From positions 50,951 through 114,950 of IMG/VR virus record IMGVR_UViG_3300007775_000001: a stretch of 64,000 nt of DNA, one strand, 5' to 3'. The notes under the pieces were generated by a model. The model was not told the DNA's origin. It was given only the letters and a program-made list of their open reading frames with translations, and did not search any database. The DNA is from a virus. The position numbers and the translations under genes were made by a program. Within the stretch, counting starts at the first letter, position 1; each line of letters begins with the position of its first letter. This document shows, piece after piece, positions 54,808 to 64,000 of the stretch.

Positions 54808-55517
54808 TGGCTCAGGTTCAAGAAACACCTCCTACATATGGTGTCTATCCTGTTGACTTCATCCTGGAGTCTGTTCTTAACACTGGTCTTGCATGGTTTC
54901 GTACAGACGCCACGGCGAAAAACAAGGTGTTCGGTCATCTTCTTGATTCGATCCTTGTAGCTGGTCGGTATGGACAGACAAAGATCGATGAGATTGGTGC
55001 GTACATCAACAACAATAGGATCAGGGTTGTGCAGCATTGGGGTCAGGTCGCACAGAACACGCCATGCTTCTCAATCCAGTTGCTTGATGGGAGGGAAGAT
55101 CAGCGATACGTGGGCATGGCTGATCACGATGACGATCTGGACACCATTGATGATGTGACAAACGAGGTGGTTGCCAGAGAGGGAATCCTATACTCTCCAA
55201 TTTCGGATCAGATTCAGATCGGCATTCATTCGCATGACACACCAGACCTCGCGAAATACCTGTACTATCTTGCTGTCTACATCCTGGAAATCTACAAGCC
55301 AACACTGGAAGCTGGTGGTCTCGAATTGACCACATTCCAGGCGACTGACCTCTCACGGATCAACGAGTACCTTCCCGAAAATATCTTCTCCAGGTTCATC
55401 AACTATTCGATCCTGACGTTTCCAAAATTCAGTGGGTCTGCCGATACGATTATCACAGCCATTGAAGCGTATTCAGCTTCCGAAGGCGGCGGTATCTCAT
55501 TTGACACTGGAGGCTGA
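54807..55517 (+). CDS. putative tail terminator
   Basis: Position before sheath; coupled. Confidence 0.55.
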   Translation: MAQVQETPPTYGVYPVDFILESVLNTGLAWFRTDATAKNKVFGHLLDSILVAGRYGQTKIDEIGAYINNNRIRVVQHWGQVAQNTPCFSIQLLDGREDQRYVGMADHDDDLDTIDDVTNEVVAREGILYSPISDQIQIGIHSHDTPDLAKYLYYLAVYILEIYKPTLEAGGLELTTFQATDLSRINEYLPENIFSRFINYSILTFPKFSGSADTIITAIEAYSASEGGGISFDTGG

Positions 55518-55879
55518 TGATGGCACGCGGACAATTTTCGAGGAAAGACAAGTCGCCTGACCAGACTTCCGATAAGGGGACTGAAGGGGTTCAAGCTCAA
55601 GACGCGGAGAAACCCGTGAGCGAAGAGAAAGTTTTCTCTGTGGAAGAGAAGATCAAGGCGATCAAGAAGTCTGAAATGCCGGAAGAACAGAAGCGTGAGT
55701 ACATTGCTACTCTGACCAACGCTGGTTCTCCTCCGAAGGATGCGGTTCCCCTGAACGTCTACTTCAGGTTGAGGAGAATTGTCCCAGCATTTCATGATTC
55801 GATGCGGGCATATAAGAACGCCAAGGGTGTATCCGTGGCTACACCGGCCCAATGGGACGAGATTTTCAAGGGCTTCTAA
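55517..55879 (+). CDS. hypothetical protein
   Basis: Small gene preceding sheath. Confidence 0.6.
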   Translation: MMARGQFSRKDKSPDQTSDKGTEGVQAQDAEKPVSEEKVFSVEEKIKAIKKSEMPEEQKREYIATLTNAGSPPKDAVPLNVYFRLRRIVPAFHDSMRAYKNAKGVSVATPAQWDEIFKGF

Positions 55880-55894
55880 CGAGGAGAGCCGTAG

Positions 55895-58030
55895 ATGTCG
55901 ATCAAGATCACGTTCAATGGTGCCACGATCATCCATCCTGGTGCCTACTCCAAGACAGTTGTGGAGAACCTGACTGGCTTTCCTCTCCAGGCTACCGGTA
56001 TCGTAGGTGTCATCGGTGAAGCTCCTGGTGGAGAGCCCCGCGTTCTCGATATTTTGACGAGAGATCAGATTCAAGCGGCGAAGTCGCGCTACAAGTCAGG
56101 TGCGATTGCTGATTGTCTTGATCTGCTTGCCGCTCCTGGCAACGACGTTCGAGTTCCGAATGGGGCCAGTCAGATCGTCGTATACAAGACCAATCTGAGC
56201 ACAAAGTCTCAAGCTTTTCTTCAGAATGCTGTGCCTGCGAATGTGCTTCAGATTGATTCTGTCAATTGGGGAGTGGATGAGAACAATACAAATCTGTTGG
56301 TATCTGCTGGTCAGGTGGCGGATGCGGACGCGGTGATCGAGGGTACGATTGCTGGCCCATTCACATTGTCTGGCGGTGAGACTCTGATTTTGGATATCAA
56401 CGGGGTGACGTATACCTTCACCAATACGCTCACTGGCGCGACTGTTGTTGCGGACATGGTGACGGAACTGAACACAGATGCGCGGTGGTCTCCTGCTACC
56501 GCTCCGGTGACAGCGGCACTCAACACGCTGGGGACGGGTGTCAAGATCACTATCGATCCGGTTGTGGTGACAGGTGGAGAACTGGACTACGGATATATCA
56601 GTGTCGATGCCACATCGACTATTGACACGATTCTGGGTATCACGGGAACCAATCGTGGTGTGAAGGGCTCTCGTCTGATCACTGTGACCAGGGGTACAAC
56701 TGTCGAAGATATCCCAGAGGTCGGCAATCGTGAATCGATGACCGTGAAGTATGTTGGTGCAGGCACAAGCTGCTTGCTCGATATCCAGGATATCGCTGGT
56801 GAACGGCGACTTCAAACCACTGTGACCGGTGTGGGTGCAGATGATTTGGATTTGTTGCTCGTGGACAGTCAGGGTGTGAACCAGTTCACAGTGCAAGAGC
56901 TTGTTGACCAGATCAATGCTCTTGCAGCGTACGAGGCGACAGTCCTTGACACCAATCCGGATCGGAACGTTGGCGAGCTTGACTACTACAACAATCTGGA
57001 AGTCATCGATGTGGCTGGTGTGATTTACAGTGACATTGCTGACACAATCGAACAGGTCAATCTCATTAGTCAACTGGTCACAGCGACGGCAATTTCGAAC
57101 GCTGTCCGGGCGATTGCAACCTTCTCGACAGTCAAATTCTTGACGGGTGCGGTAGATGGCTCTTCGGTGAACTCCGATTGGGTGACCGGTCTGGCTGCGT
57201 TCGAACAGATTCGGATCAACAGTATCGTGCCCCTGATCAGTGCTGACAAGGGCTCTCTGACTATCGATTCGATCAATGCTGCTGTGAAGACCCACGTCAC
57301 AAAGATGTGGGGAACTCTCGGTCGCTCTGAGCGTCAAGCTTTTCTTTCCAAGCTTGGCACCAAGACGGAACTCAAAGATGCGGCCAAGACACAGAACAGT
57401 GCCTATTGTTCGATGTTCGGGCAACAGGTGCGGGTGTTTGATCGGTTCGGTGACCTGCAATGGAAAGACCCGTGGGCGTTGGCTTGCATTGCAGCCGGTG
57501 TTCGCTCCGGTACAGATGTGGGCGAGCCGCTGACATACAAGGTCATCAACGTCAACGATGTTCGAGTCAATGACTCGTCCTGGAATCCGAAGACTGATTT
57601 TGTCGAGATGTTGGATTCCGGAGTCACCATCGTTGAACCTCTGGATACGGGCGGTTTCAGAATCGTGCTCGACAACACAACGTACGGTGTTGATGCCAAC
57701 TTTGTCTGGAACCGTGGCTCTGTGGTTGAGGCTGGTGGCTATGTGGCCTACGATCTACGGTACAACCTGGAGCTTGTGTTCACTGGCACAAAGGCGAGAA
57801 CAGGAACCGCCGAAGCGATCAGGAATTTCATCATTGCTCGCATGACCATCTACCTGAACGCGGACATCATCGTTGGAGATGATTTGAACGATGGTCTTGG
57901 CTTCAAGAACCTGTCGGTGAGCATCAACGGGAGCACGGCGACGATCAATATGGCGATCACGCCGGTTCAGGGTATCGACTTCTTGTTGCCCACCCTGTAT
58001 CTCCAGAACATCCAGCAAACCGCTGCGTAA
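55895..58030 (+). CDS. tail sheath protein
   Basis: F.G..IIHPGAYS...VIGEA.GG.P; GEPLTYK; GFRIV.D.TTY. Confidence 0.92.
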   Translation: MSIKITFNGATIIHPGAYSKTVVENLTGFPLQATGIVGVIGEAPGGEPRVLDILTRDQIQAAKSRYKSGAIADCLDLLAAPGNDVRVPNGASQIVVYKTNLSTKSQAFLQNAVPANVLQIDSVNWGVDENNTNLLVSAGQVADADAVIEGTIAGPFTLSGGETLILDINGVTYTFTNTLTGATVVADMVTELNTDARWSPATAPVTAALNTLGTGVKITIDPVVVTGGELDYGYISVDATSTIDTILGITGTNRGVKGSRLITVTRGTTVEDIPEVGNRESMTVKYVGAGTSCLLDIQDIAGERRLQTTVTGVGADDLDLLLVDSQGVNQFTVQELVDQINALAAYEATVLDTNPDRNVGELDYYNNLEVIDVAGVIYSDIADTIEQVNLISQLVTATAISNAVRAIATFSTVKFLTGAVDGSSVNSDWVTGLAAFEQIRINSIVPLISADKGSLTIDSINAAVKTHVTKMWGTLGRSERQAFLSKLGTKTELKDAAKTQNSAYCSMFGQQVRVFDRFGDLQWKDPWALACIAAGVRSGTDVGEPLTYKVINVNDVRVNDSSWNPKTDFVEMLDSGVTIVEPLDTGGFRIVLDNTTYGVDANFVWNRGSVVEAGGYVAYDLRYNLELVFTGTKARTGTAEAIRNFIIARMTIYLNADIIVGDDLNDGLGFKNLSVSINGSTATINMAITPVQGIDFLLPTLYLQNIQQTAA

Positions 58031-58043
58031 CGAGTGAGGTGAC

Positions 58044-58457
58044 ATGTCCAGGGTGATGACAGGTGCGAGAGCCATTTTCCGTATTAATGGAACCAAGGTC
58101 GCTCTCGCCAGCCAATGCACGTACAACGAGGCTATCCAACTGGAGCCCGTGAACGTGCTGGATCAACTCGAAGTCGAAGAGTACGCTGAAGTTGGGTACA
58201 CCGTCGATCTTCAGTGCCAAGCGTTTCGCGTTCAGAATCAGTCCGTGAAACAGCTTGGGATCATGCCCAAGCTCAACGCGATTCTCACATCTGGCGAGAT
58301 GACGGCTGAGATCATCGACCGTGTTACCAATTCCGTCATCCTTTTGATGGAAGGTGTGAAGATGGAGAGCCGTCAGAGCACGGTGGATGCTCGTGGTGTG
58401 ATGACCGAAACATGGACTTTCAGAGGTATCAAGTCTTCCGACGAGGCGGGTGCGTAG
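58044..58457 (+). CDS. tail tube protein
   Basis: 137 aa directly after sheath; VMTGARA...NG..V. Confidence 0.85.
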   Translation: MSRVMTGARAIFRINGTKVALASQCTYNEAIQLEPVNVLDQLEVEEYAEVGYTVDLQCQAFRVQNQSVKQLGIMPKLNAILTSGEMTAEIIDRVTNSVILLMEGVKMESRQSTVDARGVMTETWTFRGIKSSDEAGA

Positions 58458-58481
58458 AGCGGGTGATTGATAGATTGACCA

Positions 58482-58497
58482 GTTTCTACGTAGAAAC
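58482..58497. repeat. dispersed 16-bp palindrome, copy 8 (20-bp perfect)
   Basis: CAGTTTCTACGTAGAAACTG, intergenic. Confidence 0.95.
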
Positions 58498-58524
58498 TGA
58501 CATCTCTAGATTGAAAGAGGCTCT

Positions 58525-58971
58525 ATGGCAGCATCGAGGGTACTTCCTTCCAGCCAGCACCGGTTTCACATCTCTGTGACAGGAGAGGAAACCGGCATTC
58601 CCTTCGAGGGCGATTTTGTATTTCATCGCCCTAGCATTGGCGAAAGATCACAGATCGATGTCACACGGGCGCGTTTGTGTGGCGACATGAGCAATCTTGA
58701 TCCGTTGGTGGCGGATCAGAACTACATGCTCGCGTTCTTGCGCGTGACCATCAGTGAATTCCCTTCATGGTGGCGTGATGCGGACATGGGCATGGGTCTG
58801 TTCGATCTGAACGTGGTCATGGCTGTATATGACCAATGCCTCAACTTCGAGAAGGAATGGCGGGAGAAGGTTTATGGAAGCAATGACCCTGGCAAGCCGA
58901 AGTTTGTTCGGAATCGACAGGGAAATCAGGGAAGCGATCAAGAAGAAGCACCAAGAGATCGGGAAGATTGA
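58525..58971 (+). CDS. tail assembly chaperone
   Basis: G.F.FHRPSIGE...I...R..L...P.WW; position after tube. Confidence 0.7.
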   Translation: MAASRVLPSSQHRFHISVTGEETGIPFEGDFVFHRPSIGERSQIDVTRARLCGDMSNLDPLVADQNYMLAFLRVTISEFPSWWRDADMGMGLFDLNVVMAVYDQCLNFEKEWREKVYGSNDPGKPKFVRNRQGNQGSDQEEAPRDRED

Positions 58972-59383
58972 GTTCAATGATGCGGAGATGCATCGTCTTG
59001 CTATCGATGCTCTGAACAATTCTCTGGTCTATCTTGAGACGTGGTGGCGTGACAGGTATCGCGTCCCTGGCAAGCCGTTCGAAGATCACTCCTTTGAGGA
59101 GTTGTATCTTGAACGGCTGATTAGTTTCTACTACGAGCATCCTGACGAGATCAAAAAGACTCTTCAGAATCTTGTATACGATGATGATGATTGGGACGGT
59201 GAACTTTCTGATGAAGAGGAAGATCGTGTCCAGGCGTGGGCAAGCAGGCGTAAGGTCGATCTGAGCAAGTACCAATCCGATGAAGAGGTGACAGAAGAAG
59301 AGGAAGAACGCATCATCCGGAGCCTTGGCACCAACTCTCCCGGTGAAGACCCACACGAGTTTGAAGAGAACTTCGAGGAGTAA
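58874..59383 (+). CDS. second tail assembly chaperone (pre-TMP)
   Basis: WW..RY..P motif, acidic; overlaps upstream chaperone; start uncertain. Confidence 0.6.
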   Translation: MEAMTLASRSLFGIDREIREAIKKKHQEIGKIEFNDAEMHRLAIDALNNSLVYLETWWRDRYRVPGKPFEDHSFEELYLERLISFYYEHPDEIKKTLQNLVYDDDDWDGELSDEEEDRVQAWASRRKVDLSKYQSDEEVTEEEEERIIRSLGTNSPGEDPHEFEENFEE

Positions 59384-61389
59384 TGGCGGCTGGGAACAGG
59401 GTTGCTAAGATTACGCTGTCTGCGGACACGCAAGAGCTTACTCGTAAGGTCAATGAGACCAAGAAGCTTTTTCAATCGCTTGGACAAGTTGATGTTTCTC
59501 GCGCTACTCGTCGTGACATCCATAGTTCACAGATCGGACAACTAAACGAGCTTGCTGGTAGAGTCAAGAATAGGCTCGAAGAGGTGAAGTCTGAGCTTGT
59601 GAAGATCGGCAAAGCGTCGAGTGATGCTTTCGATCCAACTAAGCTTCGCACACTGTTGATGGAGGCGAGCCGTCTGAAGGCGGCATACAGCGATATTGGT
59701 CGGATAAGTGGAGGAGGTGGTGTTGGCGGTAGAGGAGGTGGTGTTGGCGGTAGAGGAGGTGGTGTTGGCGGTGGGGGTGGAACAGTTTCTCAGATTGCTA
59801 GTGCTCTTTCGAAAAATCAGATTGTGAGACTGGTCGGTGGAGCTTTTGCTATTGGTACAGGGATTGCTCTGTTTCGTAGGCAGCTTGGAATTTCTCGCCA
59901 GTTTCAGGACATCCGTGGATTGACCGGGATTGGTGGTCTCCCCGATGCACTTACCGGTGCTGGTGGTTCTCTTGGTTTCGCGACTGATGAGAGACGGCAG
60001 CGTGCCATTGGTCTTGCTTCTGCTCTTGGTCGTGATGTGAGTTCCAATGAACTTACGAGTCTGGTAAATAAAGGTGAGGTATTGCAACGTGCCTATGGTG
60101 TGAGTCAACAGGGTGTATCTGGTCTCCTTGGTGCAGGTAGAAGAGCGGGCATGGGGACTGAGGTGTTGTCTCAGACTGTTGGTCAAGCTCGCGCGGCTGG
60201 TTTGAGAGGCAGCAGGGTTGAAGAATATCTTGACTCGATTGCTCAGGGAATCTCTTCCATGTCTCAGGGGATCAACATCAATCGTGACTCATTCACTGGC
60301 ATGATGGGGTGGATGCTATCGATGCCGTTCTTCAAGAACGATCCGCAACGTGGTCTTGCGGCTGCTCAGTCGCTCAATCAGGCATTCACAAGTGGTGACA
60401 GATTCCAACAAGCGATGGCTGCTCGTGCTATTCAGCTTGCCGCTGGCTCTCCTATTAGACCGGCGGGTGTTGAGACCAGACGGCGTATGGGCCTTTTCGG
60501 TGGCTTTAAGAAGAGCGAACTTGACGATCTCAAAAATCTCGATGAAGAAACAAAACAAGCACTAGGAGTTAGTGGTTCGAGCATCATCGCTAAGATATTC
60601 AGTAACGTTATGGGCGCTACTGAGGGCTTGCCGCAGATCAGTAGACTGAATGCGTTTTTGAATGCGACAACCCTTCAACCCGGCCCTGGAGTTAGCATCT
60701 TCAATCGTCTCTTGCAGAACGGTGGTCAGATCGATGAGAAGGAATTCAACAAGATGGTCAACGCTGGCAGTGATGGCAATCCCGCTGAGCTTGCCAGACA
60801 ACGTTTGGAGACTGAGAGGAATCTTCTGCAAACCAATGTGAAGTTGTCTGAATCTATGGATCAGCTTTCCGGTTTGTTCGGCGGCGCGGGTGGCAAAATA
60901 CTTAATGATTTGACAGGCTCTCTACGTGATTTTCTAAAAGGATTCGACATCCAGACGGTCACAAAACAAGCAACAGACATGTGGGATGGCGCGAAGACCG
61001 TCTTTATAGAACTCAAGGACGCGGTTATTGAACTGAAGGATACGCTTCAGAACTCATGGTTGTTTAGAGGGATTAAGTCTCAGCCTGCTCCTGGGACATC
61101 CCCTCAAGAGATGGAAGAGTTTCGGAATATGAAGAATCCGATTGGCCAGGGTCTTAAATGGCTTTGGGACAGATTGCAACAGAGTGGTGATTCTTCTCTA
61201 TTCAAAGGGAACTCTCCAATGACGTTGGGGATGTCATACGCTCCTGGTGTGGAGTCAGATTCGAATGCTCGTTTGGTGGCTGTGCTTGAATCACTGGTCA
61301 CAGCGATCACGCAGAACAGTGATACGGTGCGGGGTTCTTCGCGCATGCATCGACGGAACATGACGATTGGCAAACAGAGCTATGCGTGA
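59383..61389 (+). CDS. tape measure protein
   Basis: Gly/Ala-rich helical protein following chaperones. Confidence 0.7.
   Translation: MAAGNRVAKITLSADTQELTRKVNETKKLFQSLGQVDVSRATRRDIHSSQIGQLNELAGRVKNRLEEVKSELVKIGKASSDAFDPTKLRTLLMEASRLKAAYSDIGRISGGGGVGGRGGGVGGRGGGVGGGGGTVSQIASALSKNQIVRLVGGAFAIGTGIALFRRQLGISRQFQDIRGLTGIGGLPDALTGAGGSLGFATDERRQRAIGLASALGRDVSSNELTSLVNKGEVLQRAYGVSQQGVSGLLGAGRRAGMGTEVLSQTVGQARAAGLRGSRVEEYLDSIAQGISSMSQGININRDSFTGMMGWMLSMPFFKNDPQRGLAAAQSLNQAFTSGDRFQQAMAARAIQLAAGSPIRPAGVETRRRMGLFGGFKKSELDDLKNLDEETKQALGVSGSSIIAKIFSNVMGATEGLPQISRLNAFLNATTLQPGPGVSIFNRLLQNGGQIDEKEFNKMVNAGSDGNPAELARQRLETERNLLQTNVKLSESMDQLSGLFGGAGGKILNDLTGSLRDFLKGFDIQTVTKQATDMWDGAKTVFIELKDAVIELKDTLQNSWLFRGIKSQPAPGTSPQEMEEFRNMKNPIGQGLKWLWDRLQQSGDSSLFKGNSPMTLGMSYAPGVESDSNARLVAVLESLVTAITQNSDTVRGSSRMHRRNMTIGKQSYA
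59711..59772 (+). repeat. 21-bp tandem repeat x3 (GGRGGGV)
   Basis: GAGGAGGTGGTGTTGGCGGTA repeated. Confidence 0.9.
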
Positions 61390-63074
61390 TGGCTACTGCG
61401 ACCTCATTTGACAAGCGGTTGAATGCCCCGTATGCGAAGTTTCCACTTCAGCAACGGTCACCTTCTTCTCGTGCGACGTTCTGTCGGATTACTGTGTATC
61501 GGTATCTGATGCAGAACTTCAACGAGCCGTCAAATATCCGCGATCCAGTTGCAACTGGAGACCTGATGGAGACGGACTCGTTCAACATCACGAGTGCTAT
61601 TGCTGGTGTGACGGTGAACAAGAACATCAACGCACCATCCAGCACTTTTGAATTTTCGCTTCATCCGTCTGAGAACTGGAAGTCGCGAATCTCTCCTGGT
61701 GATTGGGTTGCGATCTATCTGTACAGCACGTCACGAGCTTTCGATGAGGGGGAAAACGATCTTCGATACCTTGTATCGTTCGGGAATGTTGATCGTGTGT
61801 CTCGTGTGATCGAGAAGGACGAGATCACGGACAAAACCACATTGCGATACAAGATCAGTGGGCGGGGCTTTGGGAAAGTGTTTGAGACCACCGATCTGTG
61901 GTTTGATCCGTATCTTCTTCAGAAGGAGACGCTTGATGTTGCTTTGAGAACATCTGGCTTACTCATGAGTGGCACAGTTAACGATCATTTGGAAACTGTG
62001 CTTCGTGTGTTCTTGGGTCAGGGTGCAGATTTTCCGACCATTGGTCGTACGTCTCCTCTTGATCAGTGGATTATCCCGGAATCGCTTGCGGTTCTCTTCG
62101 GGATAGAAGATGCGGCTGGTCTCACAGATGAAGGCTTTCCAAGATTGTATGGCATTCTGAGGCGTCAGTTCTTTGAGAACATGCCCGGTGCCAAGGTGAT
62201 GACGGCTGTTGGGCTGGATAGCAACGGAAGCGTGTGGGACTTGATCACACGGGTCTCAAATCAGCCCATCAACGAGGTTTTCTTGGAAGAGGTGAGGGAT
62301 GGGTCGGGATACGCATTTCCGACGATTGTAGTGCGTCCTAGACCCCTTAACACCACTTTTTTGAGGAACAACCTGGGCAACAAGGCAGATGAACTGATCA
62401 GTACACTTAATGGTGCGGTTACGATTTTCCAAGAATTCGCTAGACAGAGCTACTTGGAGATTTCTCAGGCTGAAGTCATGTATGAAGACCTGGGTCGTGA
62501 CGATCATTCGCGGCTAAACATGTTCATGCTTCAGAACAAGGAACTACTTGCATCCTATCTTCATCCGTCTACCAATATAAATCCTAACAACAAGGGATTG
62601 GGTTGGCCTCTTGTTAGTAGAGAATCGATCAAAAGACATGGTCTTAGAAGATATGATACTTTTGAGGAGTTTCTGTATACGCGCACAGATGTCAAAGAAA
62701 ACGTTCCTTTGAGTAATTTGATGTTGGCTTTTTTGGGACAGATTTACGATCAGAATTTTGCGAACACGTTGTACGAGTCTGGAACAATTGAGTGTACCGG
62801 TGTGCTCGAAGCTGAGCTTGGAAAGGTATTGCGTGTAATTTCTCAAGACGATTCACCAGATAAATTTTTCTATATCGAAGGATATGAGCATCAGTGGACG
62901 TACCCCCAAACATGGAGAACGACATTCACTCTGACTCATGGTCAATTCGATACTCTTGGTCAATCTGGTGGGAATCCTTTTATTGACTCTTCGTTTGAAG
63001 ATGGTGGAAGACCAGACCTTTCTTTTACATCTGTTTATATCGCGAAGACCGATGCGAAGAGGTCAGATAGATGA
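61389..63074 (+). CDS. baseplate hub-like protein
   Basis: K.I.APS.TF...L...W...I.PGD; P.NEVF; RP.P; SGTI...G...ELG; FYIEG..H.W....W.T...LT.G. Confidence 0.7.
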   Translation: MATATSFDKRLNAPYAKFPLQQRSPSSRATFCRITVYRYLMQNFNEPSNIRDPVATGDLMETDSFNITSAIAGVTVNKNINAPSSTFEFSLHPSENWKSRISPGDWVAIYLYSTSRAFDEGENDLRYLVSFGNVDRVSRVIEKDEITDKTTLRYKISGRGFGKVFETTDLWFDPYLLQKETLDVALRTSGLLMSGTVNDHLETVLRVFLGQGADFPTIGRTSPLDQWIIPESLAVLFGIEDAAGLTDEGFPRLYGILRRQFFENMPGAKVMTAVGLDSNGSVWDLITRVSNQPINEVFLEEVRDGSGYAFPTIVVRPRPLNTTFLRNNLGNKADELISTLNGAVTIFQEFARQSYLEISQAEVMYEDLGRDDHSRLNMFMLQNKELLASYLHPSTNINPNNKGLGWPLVSRESIKRHGLRRYDTFEEFLYTRTDVKENVPLSNLMLAFLGQIYDQNFANTLYESGTIECTGVLEAELGKVLRVISQDDSPDKFFYIEGYEHQWTYPQTWRTTFTLTHGQFDTLGQSGGNPFIDSSFEDGGRPDLSFTSVYIAKTDAKRSDR

Positions 63075-63943
63075 TCACTCCTGACGGTGCTGTTGTATCG
63101 AATAAGCTTCCTGTGTCTGAGAAGCGTGGTGCTTCTCAGTTCAACAAGCTTGGTCTGTTTCGTGGTGTTGTTCTTGGCCCGATCTATACCGATGATCTGA
63201 TCAACAACAACGGTGAACAGATTCGATACAAGATCAGGGTCAGAGGACAGGTTTACATCAATGCGATTGACGGACGGGCGACGGGTGGAATCTTTGACTA
63301 CGATGAATACGTCTTCAAAGGCCCGGAAGTAGCTCAGCAAAGAAGGAGTCTTGACGATCACGTATATGATGCTCTGACGGACGGTGAACATGTCCTGGTC
63401 GGATTCATCGAAGGGAACGCGGAAGTACCCGTCATCATCTGTGGGCTTCCTCATCCACGTTCGGGGACGTACAAACCAAACCCGGTGCGTGCTGATGGTC
63501 GATACAGGAAGTCTGAATTCAACGGTGTTGAGGTTACCTTCGACAAAGACGGTGGTTATACGATCAAGATCGTTGGAAAGAAGAACCCTCAAGGTGCCGT
63601 GCTCAACGGCGGCGCGGTTGGAGCAGAGGTATCAATCAACGGACAGACGGGTGATGCACAAGTCAAAGACTCGCATGGTAATGTCATCACGCTTTCGGAT
63701 GGAAATGTTACCGTAACTGCGAATGGTGATGTGGTTGTCAATGCGGGTGGTGACGCCAACGTGATTGCCGGTGGTGCTGCGAATGTTCAGGCCGGAGGGA
63801 ATGCCAAAGTGAAGGGTTCTCAAGTTCAACTTGAATCTGGTTCAAATAGCATCAATGGTGGAGTTGTGACCAACAACGCCGTGAACAACGATCCGATCAC
63901 GGGAATCCCACTGACCCCTTGTGGTGGGGTTGTGACTCAGTAA
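63071..63943 (+). CDS. baseplate spike (gpV/gp5-like)
   Basis: GEHVLVGFIEG...PVII..LPHP OB-fold then beta-helix repeats V.A.G. Confidence 0.75.
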   Translation: MITPDGAVVSNKLPVSEKRGASQFNKLGLFRGVVLGPIYTDDLINNNGEQIRYKIRVRGQVYINAIDGRATGGIFDYDEYVFKGPEVAQQRRSLDDHVYDALTDGEHVLVGFIEGNAEVPVIICGLPHPRSGTYKPNPVRADGRYRKSEFNGVEVTFDKDGGYTIKIVGKKNPQGAVLNGGAVGAEVSINGQTGDAQVKDSHGNVITLSDGNVTVTANGDVVVNAGGDANVIAGGAANVQAGGNAKVKGSQVQLESGSNSINGGVVTNNAVNNDPITGIPLTPCGGVVTQ

Positions 63944-64000
63944 CATATGGCTCTGTCGATCACTACCTATGCGGCACTCATCAAATCCAACATCCAGTCA

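Noticed and set aside
3819-58497. Palindrome copies as a CRISPR array or terminators
   Set aside because: Copies are kilobases apart with no spacers or cas genes, and have no U tails
1-64000. Prophage/integrative element
   Set aside because: No integrase, repressor, att junction or host-gene flank in the window

Overview
A 64-kb segment of a large, apparently lytic dsDNA myophage. Essentially all credible genes are on the + strand and use genetic code 11. The structural gene order resembles Herelleviridae/SPO1/Twort-like phages. Layout: (1) 1-4.7 kb: ParB-domain gene, beta-class DNA methyltransferase, a ~600-nt structured non-coding transcript, DUF3310 and a probable small terminase. (2) 4.8-16.5 kb and 23.4-28.7 kb: small early/accessory genes driven by a repeated sigma70 promoter cassette. 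They include a ribosomal bL12 homologue, five unrelated proteins sharing one C-terminal motif, a GGQ release-factor domain and an anti-SD sRNA candidate. (3) 16.6-23.4 kb: 28 tRNAs covering all 20 amino acids, interspersed with ACP, NADAR and dCTP deaminase genes and several unexplained structured RNAs. (4) 28.9-64 kb: terminase large subunit, PyrE-like, cold-shock and FliA-like sigma genes, portal, MuF, prohead protease, scaffold, major capsid, neck, sheath, tube, chaperones, tape measure and baseplate. The best candidate for a novel system is the ~15-kb head-module block (31.7-47.2 kb). It encodes modular proteins punctuated by putative prohead-protease sites (hydrophobic-x-K/[ASG]) and short shared tag motifs (GEGSRGGKVIGHTxSGKPIY x8, PxGTxHxFSDGKQY x2, HKYxRR x2). 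These are fused to cargo domains (RelA/SpoT synthetase, Nudix, GNAT-like, HiPIP-like, DUF6496, HTH/SH3), suggesting a capsid cargo-loading and delivery system. A parS-like 16-bp palindrome (GTTTCTACGTAGAAAC) occurs 8 times across the window. All family assignments are by eye from motifs; no searches were run.
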